From a candidate division WOR-3 bacterium (GTDB lineage: Bacteria; Hydrothermota; Hydrothermia; JBDRYB01), in contig JBDRYB010000001.1 of NCBI GenBank assembly GCA_039803205.1, positions 377,913-441,912 on the forward strand: 64,000 nt of DNA. The letters run 5' to 3'. Below, piece by piece: positions 1-9,700 of the stretch; the first letter of the stretch is position 1; every line of letters starts with the position of its first letter. The notes under the pieces are model-generated. The model saw only the letters and a program-made list of their open reading frames with translations. It was not told the origin of the DNA and did not search any database. A program made the position numbers and the translations under genes.

Positions 1-2
1 CA

Positions 3-185
3 AGGTTTGGTTCCTCGGGATACTCAGGACAGCCTTATGTTAAAAACCAGAAAGCCGGGGAGCTGGTCAAGCGATTTGAGGAGCTCCAGAAGGAGCTTGC
101 CATAGCAATTGAGTTGGAGGACTACGAACGCGCCGCAATGCTCCGGGATGAGATAAACAAGATGAGAAGACGCTTGGTATCATGA
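3..185 (+). CDS. mcsA: 3' end of McsA-like UVR-domain protein (truncated by window edge)
   Basis: Own translation ...FEELQKELAIAIELEDYERAAMLRDEINKMRRRLVS* matches the UvrB/UvrC (UVR) motif; the stop overlaps the ATG of the mcsB-like gene (ATGA). Confidence 0.8.
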   Translation, partial: RFGSSGYSGQPYVKNQKAGELVKRFEELQKELAIAIELEDYERAAMLRDEINKMRRRLVS

Positions 186-1204
186 ACAGAGAGCTCGCTG
201 TAGAGAGGCCAGATTGGCTTTTTGCTGTGGGCCCGTATTCTGAGACCGTGATATGTTCAGGGGTCGAGATAGCGCGTTCGTTTGCCACGGGGAAGTTCTG
301 GTGGAAGGCTGGGTTGGCCAGAATTGGACAGAAAAAGGCTGTGAAAAAGGCGTTCGGGATAATCCTCGGCCAGGACCCCAGGACTTTGGAGCTCCGGGGG
401 CACCTGAGGGGCATCATCTGGGAGAAATACCCGTTTCTTAGAGGAACCACAACCCTTATTTCTCCTGGCAATGGCCTTCACATTGGGTTGGGACCAAATG
501 AGGCTGTGAGGCTCTATTCTTACTCAGGCGGTGTTCTAAGCGAATCCGCTTTGGCGCGCGCTATGAGGCTCACTGAATCTGCAGGCCAGGTCCTTGATTT
601 TGCCTATGACCGGGAAATGGGATTTCTCAACCCTAATCTGGAGGAGGTTGGTTCCGGACTCCGTTTCAAAGCCATTTTGCACCTTCCGGCCGCAGTTCAC
701 GCGGGCACGCTTTCTGGTTTCCGAGAGAAACTCTCTGATCTCGGGGTAAAGGCTGAGGGTTTTCTCAAAGGATGGCCGAAACCAGCCGGCTCCCTCGTGG
801 TGATAACATACTGGCCTGGGCCAGACCTTAGGCCCCATGAGGCGCATCTCGCCTTCCGAGAGATAATGCGCTTTGGGGTTGAATGGGAGGCAGAGTCCTG
901 TTCTCTCCTCTTATCTTACGCTAATCTGGCGGTTGAGGACAGGGCCGCGAGATCCATGGCAACCCTGAGGGTGGCGAGGCTACTCGGATACGGAGAGCTG
1001 GCTGACCTGCTCTCTTGGGTGAGGTTGGGGGTTGGGATTGGGGCGCTTGAACCCGTGCCGGTCAAGGAGATGACAGCCCTTTTGTTCATCTCAGGCAGGA
1101 ACCACATGCGGGCTGTTGCCGGGCGGGAGCTCACCGAAACCGAAGAAAACGCCATGCGAGCGTCTCTGGTGAGGGCAACGGTGGGGGGATGGGGGGAATG
1201 CTAG
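182..1204 (+). CDS. mcsB: McsB-like protein-arginine kinase homolog with degenerate active site
   Basis: FAYDREMGFL...VGSGLR...LHLPA, EDRAARS...LSWVRLG, RASLVR; follows mcsA. Confidence 0.75.
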   Translation: MNRELAVERPDWLFAVGPYSETVICSGVEIARSFATGKFWWKAGLARIGQKKAVKKAFGIILGQDPRTLELRGHLRGIIWEKYPFLRGTTTLISPGNGLHIGLGPNEAVRLYSYSGGVLSESALARAMRLTESAGQVLDFAYDREMGFLNPNLEEVGSGLRFKAILHLPAAVHAGTLSGFREKLSDLGVKAEGFLKGWPKPAGSLVVITYWPGPDLRPHEAHLAFREIMRFGVEWEAESCSLLLSYANLAVEDRAARSMATLRVARLLGYGELADLLSWVRLGVGIGALEPVPVKEMTALLFISGRNHMRAVAGRELTETEENAMRASLVRATVGGWGEC

Positions 1205-1345
1205 CGCGGAACAGAACTGCATCGGGTAACCCTCTGAGAAGTATGAACCGAGCCCAATAGCGAATCTCCCATCCGGGAGCTCGTTAGGGTTGAGTTTTAG
1301 ACAGGGTTGAATGCCCCGCTCATAAAGGGGCATAATATTCACAGT

Positions 1346-2572
1346 TTGAAGAAGCTCCTTCTGGTTTCATACTTCTATCCTCCGCATTCCTGGTCAATAG
1401 CCGCGATGAGGCCGTATTGGTTTTCCGTTCTCTTGCCAAAGCTCGGCTGGGATGTTTGGGTCTTCACCTCAGGGGGCCCTGTAAGGGACCCGTCGTTCAG
1501 GGATGAGGGGGTAAATGTCCTTAGAACGGGCAAGGCCGAGATCAGGTCTTCTGCCCCGCCGGGCGTCTCAACCCTGGGCAAAACGATAGCGAGGCTGTTT
1601 CTGTGGCCGGACTCAAGAAGGTTCTGGCTCAGGGAGGCCGGAAGGCTTGAGGAATTGGTGAGGGAGTTTGAACCGCACATCATTCTCGCCTGCGCTCCTC
1701 CATACACGGACCTGCTCATGGCAGAGAGGGTCTCTGAGAGAACCGGAATCCCTTTCGCGGTTGACCTTTGGGACCCATGGAAAGAGGATGTCTACGGGAT
1801 GTATCCCACGCCTTTTCACAAGCGGCTAACCCGAAGGGCTGAGGAGAGGGTTTTCAGAAAGGCAAAGATGGTTTTCGTGGTGAACGGCGCCATGAGGGAA
1901 GCCCTTTCGTCCCGTTATCCGGACAAGAGGTTTCTCACCTTGCCATTTGGATACGACCCAGCCGGTGTCCCGGGGCCTGCCCCAAAATCAAACCGGTTTC
2001 ACATAGCCTACCTGGGGAGCATGTTCGGAGAACACAAGAGGCCCGAGGGGCTTTTTGCTGGTTTTTTATCTCTCCCTGATAATGCTTCTGTTGAGTTCTC
2101 ATTCGTTGGAAACAAATCCCAGAAAGCCAAAGCCCTAATAAGGGAGCTCGGGAAAAGGTTCCCTGTCAGAGAATCCGATTACTTACCCCACTGTGAGGCA
2201 ATGAAGGTTGCGGCATCAGCTCATGCTCTTGTCGTCCTTTCAACGAGGGGTCCTCACTATCATCTGATCTCAACGGGAAAGGCCTTTGAGGCAATAGGGA
2301 TGGGTAGGGCCATACTCGGAGTGGTTCCCAAGGATACATGGATATGGGATTTCCTCAAGGAACACAATGCCTACCTCGCGGATCCGGATGAACAGGGAGC
2401 CATAAGGGAGACAACTATCCGGATGATCAACGACTGGAGCGGGGGCAGGCTCATGCTTCCTGACCCCGAGAGGATCAAAGCCTTTAGGTGGGAGGAGCTG
2501 GCGCGGAAGCTCTCAGACTGGCTATCGGAAAGCCTGGAGCACAGCAACAGCCGGGCACGAAGGTTTTACTAA
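1346..2572 (+). CDS. Glycosyltransferase family 4 (GT-B)
   Basis: LLVSYFYPP, PPY, D-W-DPW, YLGS, TGKAFEAIGMGRAIL; TTG start at 1346 inferred (ORF track 1307). Confidence 0.85.
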   Translation: MKKLLLVSYFYPPHSWSIAAMRPYWFSVLLPKLGWDVWVFTSGGPVRDPSFRDEGVNVLRTGKAEIRSSAPPGVSTLGKTIARLFLWPDSRRFWLREAGRLEELVREFEPHIILACAPPYTDLLMAERVSERTGIPFAVDLWDPWKEDVYGMYPTPFHKRLTRRAEERVFRKAKMVFVVNGAMREALSSRYPDKRFLTLPFGYDPAGVPGPAPKSNRFHIAYLGSMFGEHKRPEGLFAGFLSLPDNASVEFSFVGNKSQKAKALIRELGKRFPVRESDYLPHCEAMKVAASAHALVVLSTRGPHYHLISTGKAFEAIGMGRAILGVVPKDTWIWDFLKEHNAYLADPDEQGAIRETTIRMINDWSGGRLMLPDPERIKAFRWEELARKLSDWLSESLEHSNSRARRFY

Positions 2573-2574
2573 GC

Positions 2575-3093
2575 CTAGAAAATTCCGCCTATTTCCAGGC
2601 CAACGAACGCGAAACCCATCAGCTTCTCGTCCCCCAGAGAACCTCTGACCGGCAATAGTGAAGCGGAGAGGCTAAGCTCAGCGAACCCATGATCAAACAG
2701 CATTCGTCCAATGAAGGTCTCAGCGCTTAAGCCGCCATAATGGGGTGCTTCTATGGCTCCTCCAAGCTCTTTTATGACGAGACCCAAGCCGCACGGCCCG
2801 AACAATCCTCCCCAGTAGCTCTTATCCCGGTAGAAAACTGGCCCAGCCCCGAGGCTGAACTCTTCAAGGTCAACGGTCTTTCCAACAGCGCTGATTCTAG
2901 TGCGGGTGTAGCCAGGGGATACCCTCAGGCCCCATTTGCTCCCCGTGTTCCATTCAAGGATTCCGGAGCATGAGAAAGCGGTTATAAAAAGCGGAACATC
3001 ATTTTCCCTTGCGGCCTCAAGGAAACCCGAGTATGTCTCGTGAATGCCTATCCTGGCCCCGAAAGCTGAGAACAAAAGGATGAAGGTCACCAT
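2575..3093 (-). CDS. Hypothetical small outer-membrane beta-barrel protein
   Basis: Amphipathic beta strands, C-terminal GLEIGGIF (terminal Phe). Confidence 0.55.
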   Translation of the reverse strand: MVTFILLFSAFGARIGIHETYSGFLEAARENDVPLFITAFSCSGILEWNTGSKWGLRVSPGYTRTRISAVGKTVDLEEFSLGAGPVFYRDKSYWGGLFGPCGLGLVIKELGGAIEAPHYGGLSAETFIGRMLFDHGFAELSLSASLLPVRGSLGDEKLMGFAFVGLEIGGIF

Positions 3094-4124
3094 AATTTCA
3101 ACTCCAGATTGGCTTCTGTATAGAGCCCTTCGGCAAGATCCAGCCTGCCCGCCAGGAATGCCATACTGAGCCTAGCCCGCGAAAGCCTCACCCCGCCCAG
3201 AGCTCCATATCTCCACTGGCCCGATGAATAGTAAGAGACACGAGGCTTTGTGATTAGAGAAACAGGCCCCTTAGCCCAACTAAAGATGAGGCAATCCTGG
3301 ATGGCAAGGAGGTTAAGGGAATCGTCCATGTATGATATAGCGCTTAGCCTTTTGCCAAAACTCAGAGACCCCATGTTCTTCGTGATCTCCGATGAGAAGT
3401 TACCTCCGTATCTCTTTGTGTTTCCGCCAAGGCCGATGCCCATTTCACCGGATAAGGTAAGCTCCGCGCTCTCGCAGAGACTCCAGCGTCTCACAGCGTC
3501 CAGGGTCACGAGTCCCCTTCCAGCCGCGGTGTTGCTCAGGGTGAGGTAAGAAAGCCTAAAGGAACCACCATCTGAGCTGAGCTCAACATCAAGGCCAACG
3601 GGCAAAAGGACATCCCCGGCCACTGATTGGGCGAGCCCGAACCTCATGGTGGAAGAGACCCAGGCCTCGCCCACCGGAAACACGAGGCCGAATCCTGGTA
3701 TGGCAGTTCTGGTGTCCAGGGTCCAATTTCGCCAGGTCCCGAATATACGCTGTCTGTATGAGAAATCCGAATAGGAGAAACCGAAGCACCAGGCCCATGA
3801 ACCCAGGTCTCTCTTGAGGCCTATATCAGCGAGGCTGAGCCTATCAGAGCTCAGGGTATCCTCCCGCATCGCGAAAAGCCCTTTGGCCGCCGTTGACCAG
3901 GGCCCCCGCTTGCCCGTGAACAAGAAGGACAGGGGAGCCGAGCTGAGGTGGAGGTTCTGCGCGCCAAACAGCTCTGGCCGCTCAAACTCCGATAACCTCG
4001 CTATAGGATACTCATCCAGGATGGCTCCTATGTAGCCAGATGACCAAGCCCCTTCGTTTCTCCAGTAAGAAAACCCAAATTCAAGTGAGGCTTCATCGAC
4101 TCCGAGCAAGAGCAACAGGAACAT
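3087..4124 (-). CDS. Hypothetical outer-membrane beta-barrel protein
   Basis: Alternating beta-strand pattern, C-terminal ANLELKLW (terminal Trp). Confidence 0.55.
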   Translation of the reverse strand: MFLLLLLGVDEASLEFGFSYWRNEGAWSSGYIGAILDEYPIARLSEFERPELFGAQNLHLSSAPLSFLFTGKRGPWSTAAKGLFAMREDTLSSDRLSLADIGLKRDLGSWAWCFGFSYSDFSYRQRIFGTWRNWTLDTRTAIPGFGLVFPVGEAWVSSTMRFGLAQSVAGDVLLPVGLDVELSSDGGSFRLSYLTLSNTAAGRGLVTLDAVRRWSLCESAELTLSGEMGIGLGGNTKRYGGNFSSEITKNMGSLSFGKRLSAISYMDDSLNLLAIQDCLIFSWAKGPVSLITKPRVSYYSSGQWRYGALGGVRLSRARLSMAFLAGRLDLAEGLYTEANLELKLW

Positions 4125-4218
4125 GCGAATAATTTAATCCAGGAACGCGAGACGGATCAAATCCTTGGGCCGATTGGATTTTGTTGAAATCTCCCGATAA
4201 ATGCTTCATAATTTGAGC

Positions 4219-4701
4219 ATGCCGATAGGTCTAGTCGCGCTGATCCTTATAGATACGGCCTCCGGAATATACCTTTCGCTTCCGGAACCGTGGACCCCTT
4301 CTTACAAGACCATGACCCCTGGCCTTAACCTCGTATGCGGTAACCTGATCGCGAGCCTGGAGTATACCTCTGTCGTGGGCAAGGGCTGGACCCAGCTTGA
4401 TGTCATAAGGGTCAACCAGGAGGCAATAAGGGACTTTATGGAAGGATCAAGGTATTCAAAGCAGGGGGCTATGGAGGAGATCGGCGTTGAGGGTGCCACC
4501 CTCTATAGATCGTGGGCCTGCGCCATGAAATCAGATGGAGACCATGTCATATACATAGTGACGGCCGGATGGAGGCTGGGCGAGCGCGGCACGGTTGGGA
4601 TGTTCCTTCAAATGAAGATAGAGCGCAAGGGGGCCCTGAAGTTCTCAGAGGAGGAAGAGGAGGCAATAGATCGGCTCCTCAGGGGCTTCTCTTTTCAATA
4701 G
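4219..4701 (+). CDS. Hypothetical exported protein
   Basis: ORF with hydrophobic N-terminus MPIGLVALILI; CATAAT 6 nt upstream of ATG 4219. Confidence 0.5.
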   Translation: MPIGLVALILIDTASGIYLSLPEPWTPSYKTMTPGLNLVCGNLIASLEYTSVVGKGWTQLDVIRVNQEAIRDFMEGSRYSKQGAMEEIGVEGATLYRSWACAMKSDGDHVIYIVTAGWRLGERGTVGMFLQMKIERKGALKFSEEEEEAIDRLLRGFSFQ

Positions 4702-5515
4702 CCTGCGAGAGCCCATAAGCGGCCTTGGCCGGCGAGACAGAGAGGATGTGACAACCTGTATCCAGCTCAAAACCAGCCAGAAACCCAGTTCTCGGTATTA
4801 TCTCAACCCGCCAGTGCCAATCTCCCGGCATGGATTTCAGGATCAGGTTGTAATCCGGCGACGAGAGCACATCCTCTAAGGCCTTCAGAACCCTTTTCAG
4901 GACCCCGGCTAGGGACATGGGCCCATCCGGCAAAAGCCCCTGTGGCTCCCTCGGCATTATCCAGGTCTCGTATGGGAAACGGGAGACCTCCGGGCAAAGG
5001 GCAACGAGGCCGTCCTCCTCGTGGAATATGTGTCCGTCTCTCAGAGAGGATTTGGCAACTTCCCCGCCTATTTCCCTCTCAATAACCGGAGGCAGGAACG
5101 GGAGGCCGACGAGCTGGGTGTGAATGTGTCTTCTGGAGGCCCCGGCAGTAGGGCCGTGGTTGTGGAAGAGGCTTACATACTTGACAGATGGGTTTGAATA
5201 AGCCGCGGAAACCCTTTTGCGCCATGTGTCAACGGCCAGAGCGAGATCGTCATCCGAAAGCTCGGAAAGCGACACCCCGTGTCTCGGAGAATCAACAATT
5301 ACCTCGTGCAGATCGGTCGCTGGGTATTTGTTTGGGAAAACGCGAACCCTCCAAGGCTCTCCAACCCTCATTATCTCAGGAGGGGTCATGCCCTCGTTCC
5401 CTGGGCAGAAGGGGCAGGGGCCGGATTCGCCCGAGAAATCAAGAGGCCTTGCCCCGCGTTCCTCAGCCAGGATGGAACAGAACCCCCTTACACGATCCCA
5501 ACGGAAATCCCTCAC
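4679..5515 (-). CDS. galT: Galactose-1-phosphate uridylyltransferase (GalT/HIT family)
   Basis: CPFCPGNE, RVFPNKYPA, HEVIVDSP, NHGPTAGAS..HIHTQ, AGFEL; GTG start at 5515 inferred. Confidence 0.9.
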   Translation of the reverse strand: MRDFRWDRVRGFCSILAEERGARPLDFSGESGPCPFCPGNEGMTPPEIMRVGEPWRVRVFPNKYPATDLHEVIVDSPRHGVSLSELSDDDLALAVDTWRKRVSAAYSNPSVKYVSLFHNHGPTAGASRRHIHTQLVGLPFLPPVIEREIGGEVAKSSLRDGHIFHEEDGLVALCPEVSRFPYETWIMPREPQGLLPDGPMSLAGVLKRVLKALEDVLSSPDYNLILKSMPGDWHWRVEIIPRTGFLAGFELDTGCHILSVSPAKAAYGLSQAIEKRSP

Positions 5516-5615
5516 CCTCAAATTATATCGGTTTGCTTCAAGGTTTTGCACCGAGTGAGCCGGACTTGTTGGGAGATGAGCCGGAGATTTAAGATATTCC
5601 CTCCGGAGGAACATC

Positions 5616-6788
5616 ATGCCTTATAAAGCCTTTGATTTCTTTAACTTGGATGCTAGTCTGTCGGATGAGGAGCGGATGATCAGGGATACAGCGAGGGAGT
5701 TCACGGAGCGCGAGGTCATTCCCATCATTGCTGATTGCTGGGAGGAGGCCCGCTTCCCCAGGGAGATAATACCGAAGCTGGCTGAGCTCGGGTTCCTCGG
5801 GCCGTTCATCCCCGAGGAATACGGTGGGGTTGGCGCCAGCTACACGGTCTACGGCCTCATCTGTCAGGAGCTAGAACGAGGGGACTCAGGGGTTCGCTCC
5901 TTCTGCTCTGTTCAGGGAAGCTTGGTGATGTATCCGATATGGCGGTTCGGTTCAGAAGAACAGAGGAGATACTACCTCCCGAAATTGGCTTCTGGGGAGC
6001 TGGTGGGCTGTTTCGGGCTCACTGAGCCGGATGCTGGCTCTGATCCTGGTTCCATGAAGACGAGGTGCAGGAGGGATGGGGATGGGTGGGTTATCTCAGG
6101 AAACAAGATGTGGATAACGAACGGAACAATAGCGGATATAGCGGTTGTCTGGGCAAAGGATGAAGAGGGAAGGATAAGGGGATTTATAGTCCACAAGGAT
6201 GATCCCGGCTTCTCAGCGCCAGAGCAGAAACACAAGGTATCCCTCAGGGCATCCGTGACATCCGAGCTCGTGCTTGACGATGTCAGGGTTCCGGCTGATA
6301 GGGAGCTCCCTGGGACCGAGGGGCTCAAGAGCGCTCTCAGCTGCCTAACATCAGCCAGATACGGTATAGCTTGGGGGGCTGTTGGTGTAGCTCAGGCTGT
6401 TTTTGATGAGGCTCTTCAGTATAGCCTTGAACGGGTCCAGTTCGGGAGGCCCATAGCCTCATTCCAGCTGACCCAGGAGAAGCTCGCGGATATGGCGACC
6501 GAGATAACTAAGGCACAAATGCTCGCCTATCACCTCGGGAGGCTCGCTGACAGAGGTGAGATGAAGTATTATCATGTCTCCATGGCAAAACGCAACAATG
6601 TCGCGGTCGCGCTGAGGTGCGCGAGGGAGGCAAGGACAATCCTCGGCGCCAACGGAATATCCCTTGAATATCAGGCAATAAGGCACATGTGCAACATGGA
6701 GTCCGTTCACACATACGAGGGGACATATGAGATTCACACCCTGATTCTGGGGGAGGCACTAACTGGTTTGCCGGCCTATAGGGGATAA
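5616..6788 (+). CDS. Acyl-CoA dehydrogenase, glutaryl-CoA dehydrogenase-like
   Basis: ELERGDSG.RS..SVQ.SLVM, GCFGLTEPDAGSDP, KMWITNG, TYEGT; GGAGG SD. Confidence 0.9.
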   Translation: MPYKAFDFFNLDASLSDEERMIRDTAREFTEREVIPIIADCWEEARFPREIIPKLAELGFLGPFIPEEYGGVGASYTVYGLICQELERGDSGVRSFCSVQGSLVMYPIWRFGSEEQRRYYLPKLASGELVGCFGLTEPDAGSDPGSMKTRCRRDGDGWVISGNKMWITNGTIADIAVVWAKDEEGRIRGFIVHKDDPGFSAPEQKHKVSLRASVTSELVLDDVRVPADRELPGTEGLKSALSCLTSARYGIAWGAVGVAQAVFDEALQYSLERVQFGRPIASFQLTQEKLADMATEITKAQMLAYHLGRLADRGEMKYYHVSMAKRNNVAVALRCAREARTILGANGISLEYQAIRHMCNMESVHTYEGTYEIHTLILGEALTGLPAYRG

Positions 6789-6792
6789 GCTT

Positions 6793-7695
6793 TTATTTTC
6801 TCCTCGTCCACAGCGGAAGTATCCCGACCGTTGTTGGCACGAGGCAGACCGCGAAGTATGTCAGGGAAAGGGCTATGCAGGCCTCATCTGGCATGAATGG
6901 CCTGAAGAGAAAGAGGAAAGCCCCTTCCCTTACCCCGAAGCCGCTTACTGAGACAGGGAGCATAGCCAGTAGGTTCACGGTGGGAACGAATATGAGGGAA
7001 GCCCAAACGGGCGGCCATTTGCCAAGAGCGCCGGAGACCAGGTGTCCGATAAGGGCAAAGATGATCTGGAGGATGAGGGCGAGGATGAAGGTGATTAGGA
7101 GGAGGCCGGGCCTTCTCCCGTAGAAGTGGAAGGCTCTCAGAAAGCTCATAACCCTTTCCCCCATCCTGAGCCAACCGATCCGGCCTATTGTCCTCTCAGC
7201 GAATGAGATAAACGGATCCGTGAAGGCGAGGATCGTTCCCAGAAGAAGCAAAACAGCGAGGACCGCAACTGCGATTCTCATCTCAGAGTGAACCCAGACA
7301 GCGGCCAATGCCGTGAACGCCAGGATTATGAAACCGGTTAACCTGTCAACGACTATGCTGGCCGAGACCTTTGCCAGGTCCCCGTGTTTCCTCACTATCC
7401 AGGCGCCACGAACCACATCAACCCCAACGCCGGCTGGCATGAAGTTGCCAATAAAAAGCCCAGCGAACATTGCCCAGAGGGAGTCTGAGATCGAAACCCT
7501 TATGCCGTGTGCGCGCATGAACAGGTGCCACCGGAATCCGGCCACGCAGTATCCCCCGAGAGCCATCATCATGCCTCCGATGAGTAGCCATATGTTTGCG
7601 CTCGCTATCTCTCCGAGGACTCGGGCTGGGTTGACCTTCCAGAGGATGAACGCCAAGATGCCGCCGGATACGATCAGGCGGAGGAGGACATCCAA
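6793..7695 (-). CDS. Lysylphosphatidylglycerol-synthase TM domain / flippase-like protein (YbhN/UPF0104)
   Basis: RW, NFMPAGVGVDVVR, DR, LPVSVSGFGVREG, multiple TM helices. Confidence 0.85.
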   Translation of the reverse strand: MDVLLRLIVSGGILAFILWKVNPARVLGEIASANIWLLIGGMMMALGGYCVAGFRWHLFMRAHGIRVSISDSLWAMFAGLFIGNFMPAGVGVDVVRGAWIVRKHGDLAKVSASIVVDRLTGFIILAFTALAAVWVHSEMRIAVAVLAVLLLLGTILAFTDPFISFAERTIGRIGWLRMGERVMSFLRAFHFYGRRPGLLLITFILALILQIIFALIGHLVSGALGKWPPVWASLIFVPTVNLLAMLPVSVSGFGVREGAFLFLFRPFMPDEACIALSLTYFAVCLVPTTVGILPLWTRRK

Positions 7696-7803
7696 GGCCT
7701 TTCTGATCTTCGGAGACAGGATGAAATTATATCATGCGCGAGGAGCGCCTTGCCAGCATCGCTGATCAGCTTTCTTCTCTCGCTTTATAATTTTCCCCTG
7801 TTC

Positions 7804-7890
7804 GGAGGGGTGTCCGAGTCCGGTTGAAGGAGCACGATTCGAAATCGTGTAGAGGGAAACCTCTCGTGGGTTCAAATCCCACCCCCTCCG
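7804..7890 (+). tRNA. tRNA-Ser (CGA), CCA not encoded
   Basis: GGAGGGG/CCCCTCC acceptor stem, CACGA-TT CGA AA-TCGTG anticodon arm, long variable arm, GGTTCAAATCC, G discriminator. Confidence 0.97.
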
Positions 7891-7899
7891 CAGAGGGTG

Positions 7900-9642
7900 C
7901 TATCTCCTGGTTCTCTTGCCCTTTTCCTGGTTTATGAATACCCAAGCCACTATCTCGCCTGGATTCACCGAGTAGTCAACCCTGAGGGTTTTGGGATTCA
8001 GGAACCTTCTGTCCTCCCTTGAAGAACCAGCGAGACCTCTTCTCAGCCTCCGTGAGCGTGCCCTCGCATCCGAGATTATCGCTTTGAACCTCTTTTGCCA
8101 CTCAGTAGCGTTTTCTTGCCTCGTGTCAATCCAACCTGCGTAAGCCCATCGCTCTATGTTCTCTTTTGTGGCCGGGAGATTCCTTTCCCTCTCAAGGGGT
8201 ATCACGACGCGCGCGCCAGCCAGAAGGTTCCCCTCCGGCATGAGAACGGGTATCCCAACCGAGAGGGCCGCTTTCCTAACCCTATCGTTCTTTATGATGA
8301 AGTCCGCCATGGCCTTTGATATGGCGGCTGGCTCTTCGGAAACGACCCTTCTCATGTCTCCGTATATCTCTTTGAGAATGTGCGCCTCAAAGAGGAGCTT
8401 CGTTAGCCTCGGTGGCCCGAGTATCTCAAAGGCCACAGATGGGTAATATTTGTTTTCCCTTTCAAGGGCATAAAGCCTCTGAATAGCCGCTTCCCTGAGA
8501 AGCCCTCCGCGGTATGTTGGGCCCATGACAGCTCCTTCAAGCGCGTCTATCACATCCCTCCCCGTGTTCTGGCCGAGGGACTCGTATATCGCGTAATCCG
8601 CTATCTCCTCAGGTGTTATGAACTCCATCTGGTCAAGGGCCGTGAGCGCGACGAATTCGCCCAGAGAAAAGAGCCCGTTCTCTCCCGTGTCAATGTAGAC
8701 GGATCTCAAGGGTTCTTCGGTTATCTCGGTTGCTCTGTTGGCCTTGAGGGCTGTCGCGAAACCCTCTTCCCCGGAGAGAGGTATGGGTTTCTTGTTGTCA
8801 CAGATGGTTATCGGCCTTCCTCCCCTAGTTATCTCCCCTATTCCTATGCCCTGCCAGGCTATAGCGGCAGCCGGTTTGAGCTCCTTTATCGCTGGCGCAT
8901 CAGCCGCCCTTGACATGATGAGGAAAAGGAGGCTCTGCGCTCCTGCCATGGCGGTCTTTGAAAGGAGAACCCTGGATGGCCTGTCCTCGGAGTGGGTGTA
9001 GGGGATGTCCCAGCCCATTCCGCCCGTTCCCGTTGTGCCTATCTTCACATATAGCTCGGTTCCCGAATCCTTCATGGCCCTCTTCAGTATCTCCATGTGC
9101 CTGACCAACTGCGGGGTGTAGGCTGTCAAGAGGAACCTTTCGGAGCTCTCCCTCACATCCTTTCCAGCCTTTATCTCTTCGTATAGGTCAAGCGCCGCAT
9201 CGTAGACATTCTGATAAGCCAAGGCCGTGGCCGTGTTCACGGAATCATAAACTATGTTTGGCTTTGTAGTCTTGAACAACCAGTATAGGTATGAGGACTC
9301 TATTATCTGGTCGTTTACCTGCAGGTATGTATCCTCTATGAGGGTTCTCCTGGCCTCCTTGTCCCCGAGGAGCTCCTCTCTGGTTTTATCCTTGAACTCC
9401 TTTCTGACGAACATGTTTCCCCAAAAGCCTGTTAGCCTGCCCTTTCTGTAGCATGCTACCTCGTCAATCTCCTCGCGCCGGGGCTTGAAGCCCAGGAGCT
9501 CAAAGGTCTCGGTTATCTCGTGCTCGTAAAGCCCGAGTATTGCGACCCGGGCCGCTTTAAGGGCCAAGGCCTTCTCGGCTATTACCCTGCCTACGAGGCC
9601 TGTTCCGCCAAGAATTAGGACGCTTTTCCCTCTAAAGTTCAT
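7900..9642 (-). CDS. Large NAD(P)-binding Rossmann-fold (SDR-like) protein of unknown substrate
   Basis: N-terminal VLILGGTGLVG; conserved-looking GTTGTGGMGWDIPYTHSE block. Confidence 0.6.
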   Translation of the reverse strand: MNFRGKSVLILGGTGLVGRVIAEKALALKAARVAILGLYEHEITETFELLGFKPRREEIDEVACYRKGRLTGFWGNMFVRKEFKDKTREELLGDKEARRTLIEDTYLQVNDQIIESSYLYWLFKTTKPNIVYDSVNTATALAYQNVYDAALDLYEEIKAGKDVRESSERFLLTAYTPQLVRHMEILKRAMKDSGTELYVKIGTTGTGGMGWDIPYTHSEDRPSRVLLSKTAMAGAQSLLFLIMSRAADAPAIKELKPAAAIAWQGIGIGEITRGGRPITICDNKKPIPLSGEEGFATALKANRATEITEEPLRSVYIDTGENGLFSLGEFVALTALDQMEFITPEEIADYAIYESLGQNTGRDVIDALEGAVMGPTYRGGLLREAAIQRLYALERENKYYPSVAFEILGPPRLTKLLFEAHILKEIYGDMRRVVSEEPAAISKAMADFIIKNDRVRKAALSVGIPVLMPEGNLLAGARVVIPLERERNLPATKENIERWAYAGWIDTRQENATEWQKRFKAIISDARARSRRLRRGLAGSSREDRRFLNPKTLRVDYSVNPGEIVAWVFINQEKGKRTRR

Positions 9643-9700
9643 GGTTTTCTCTCTGATGGGCGATTATTTTAACAGCTATCGCTGTGTTGGAACAACTTAG

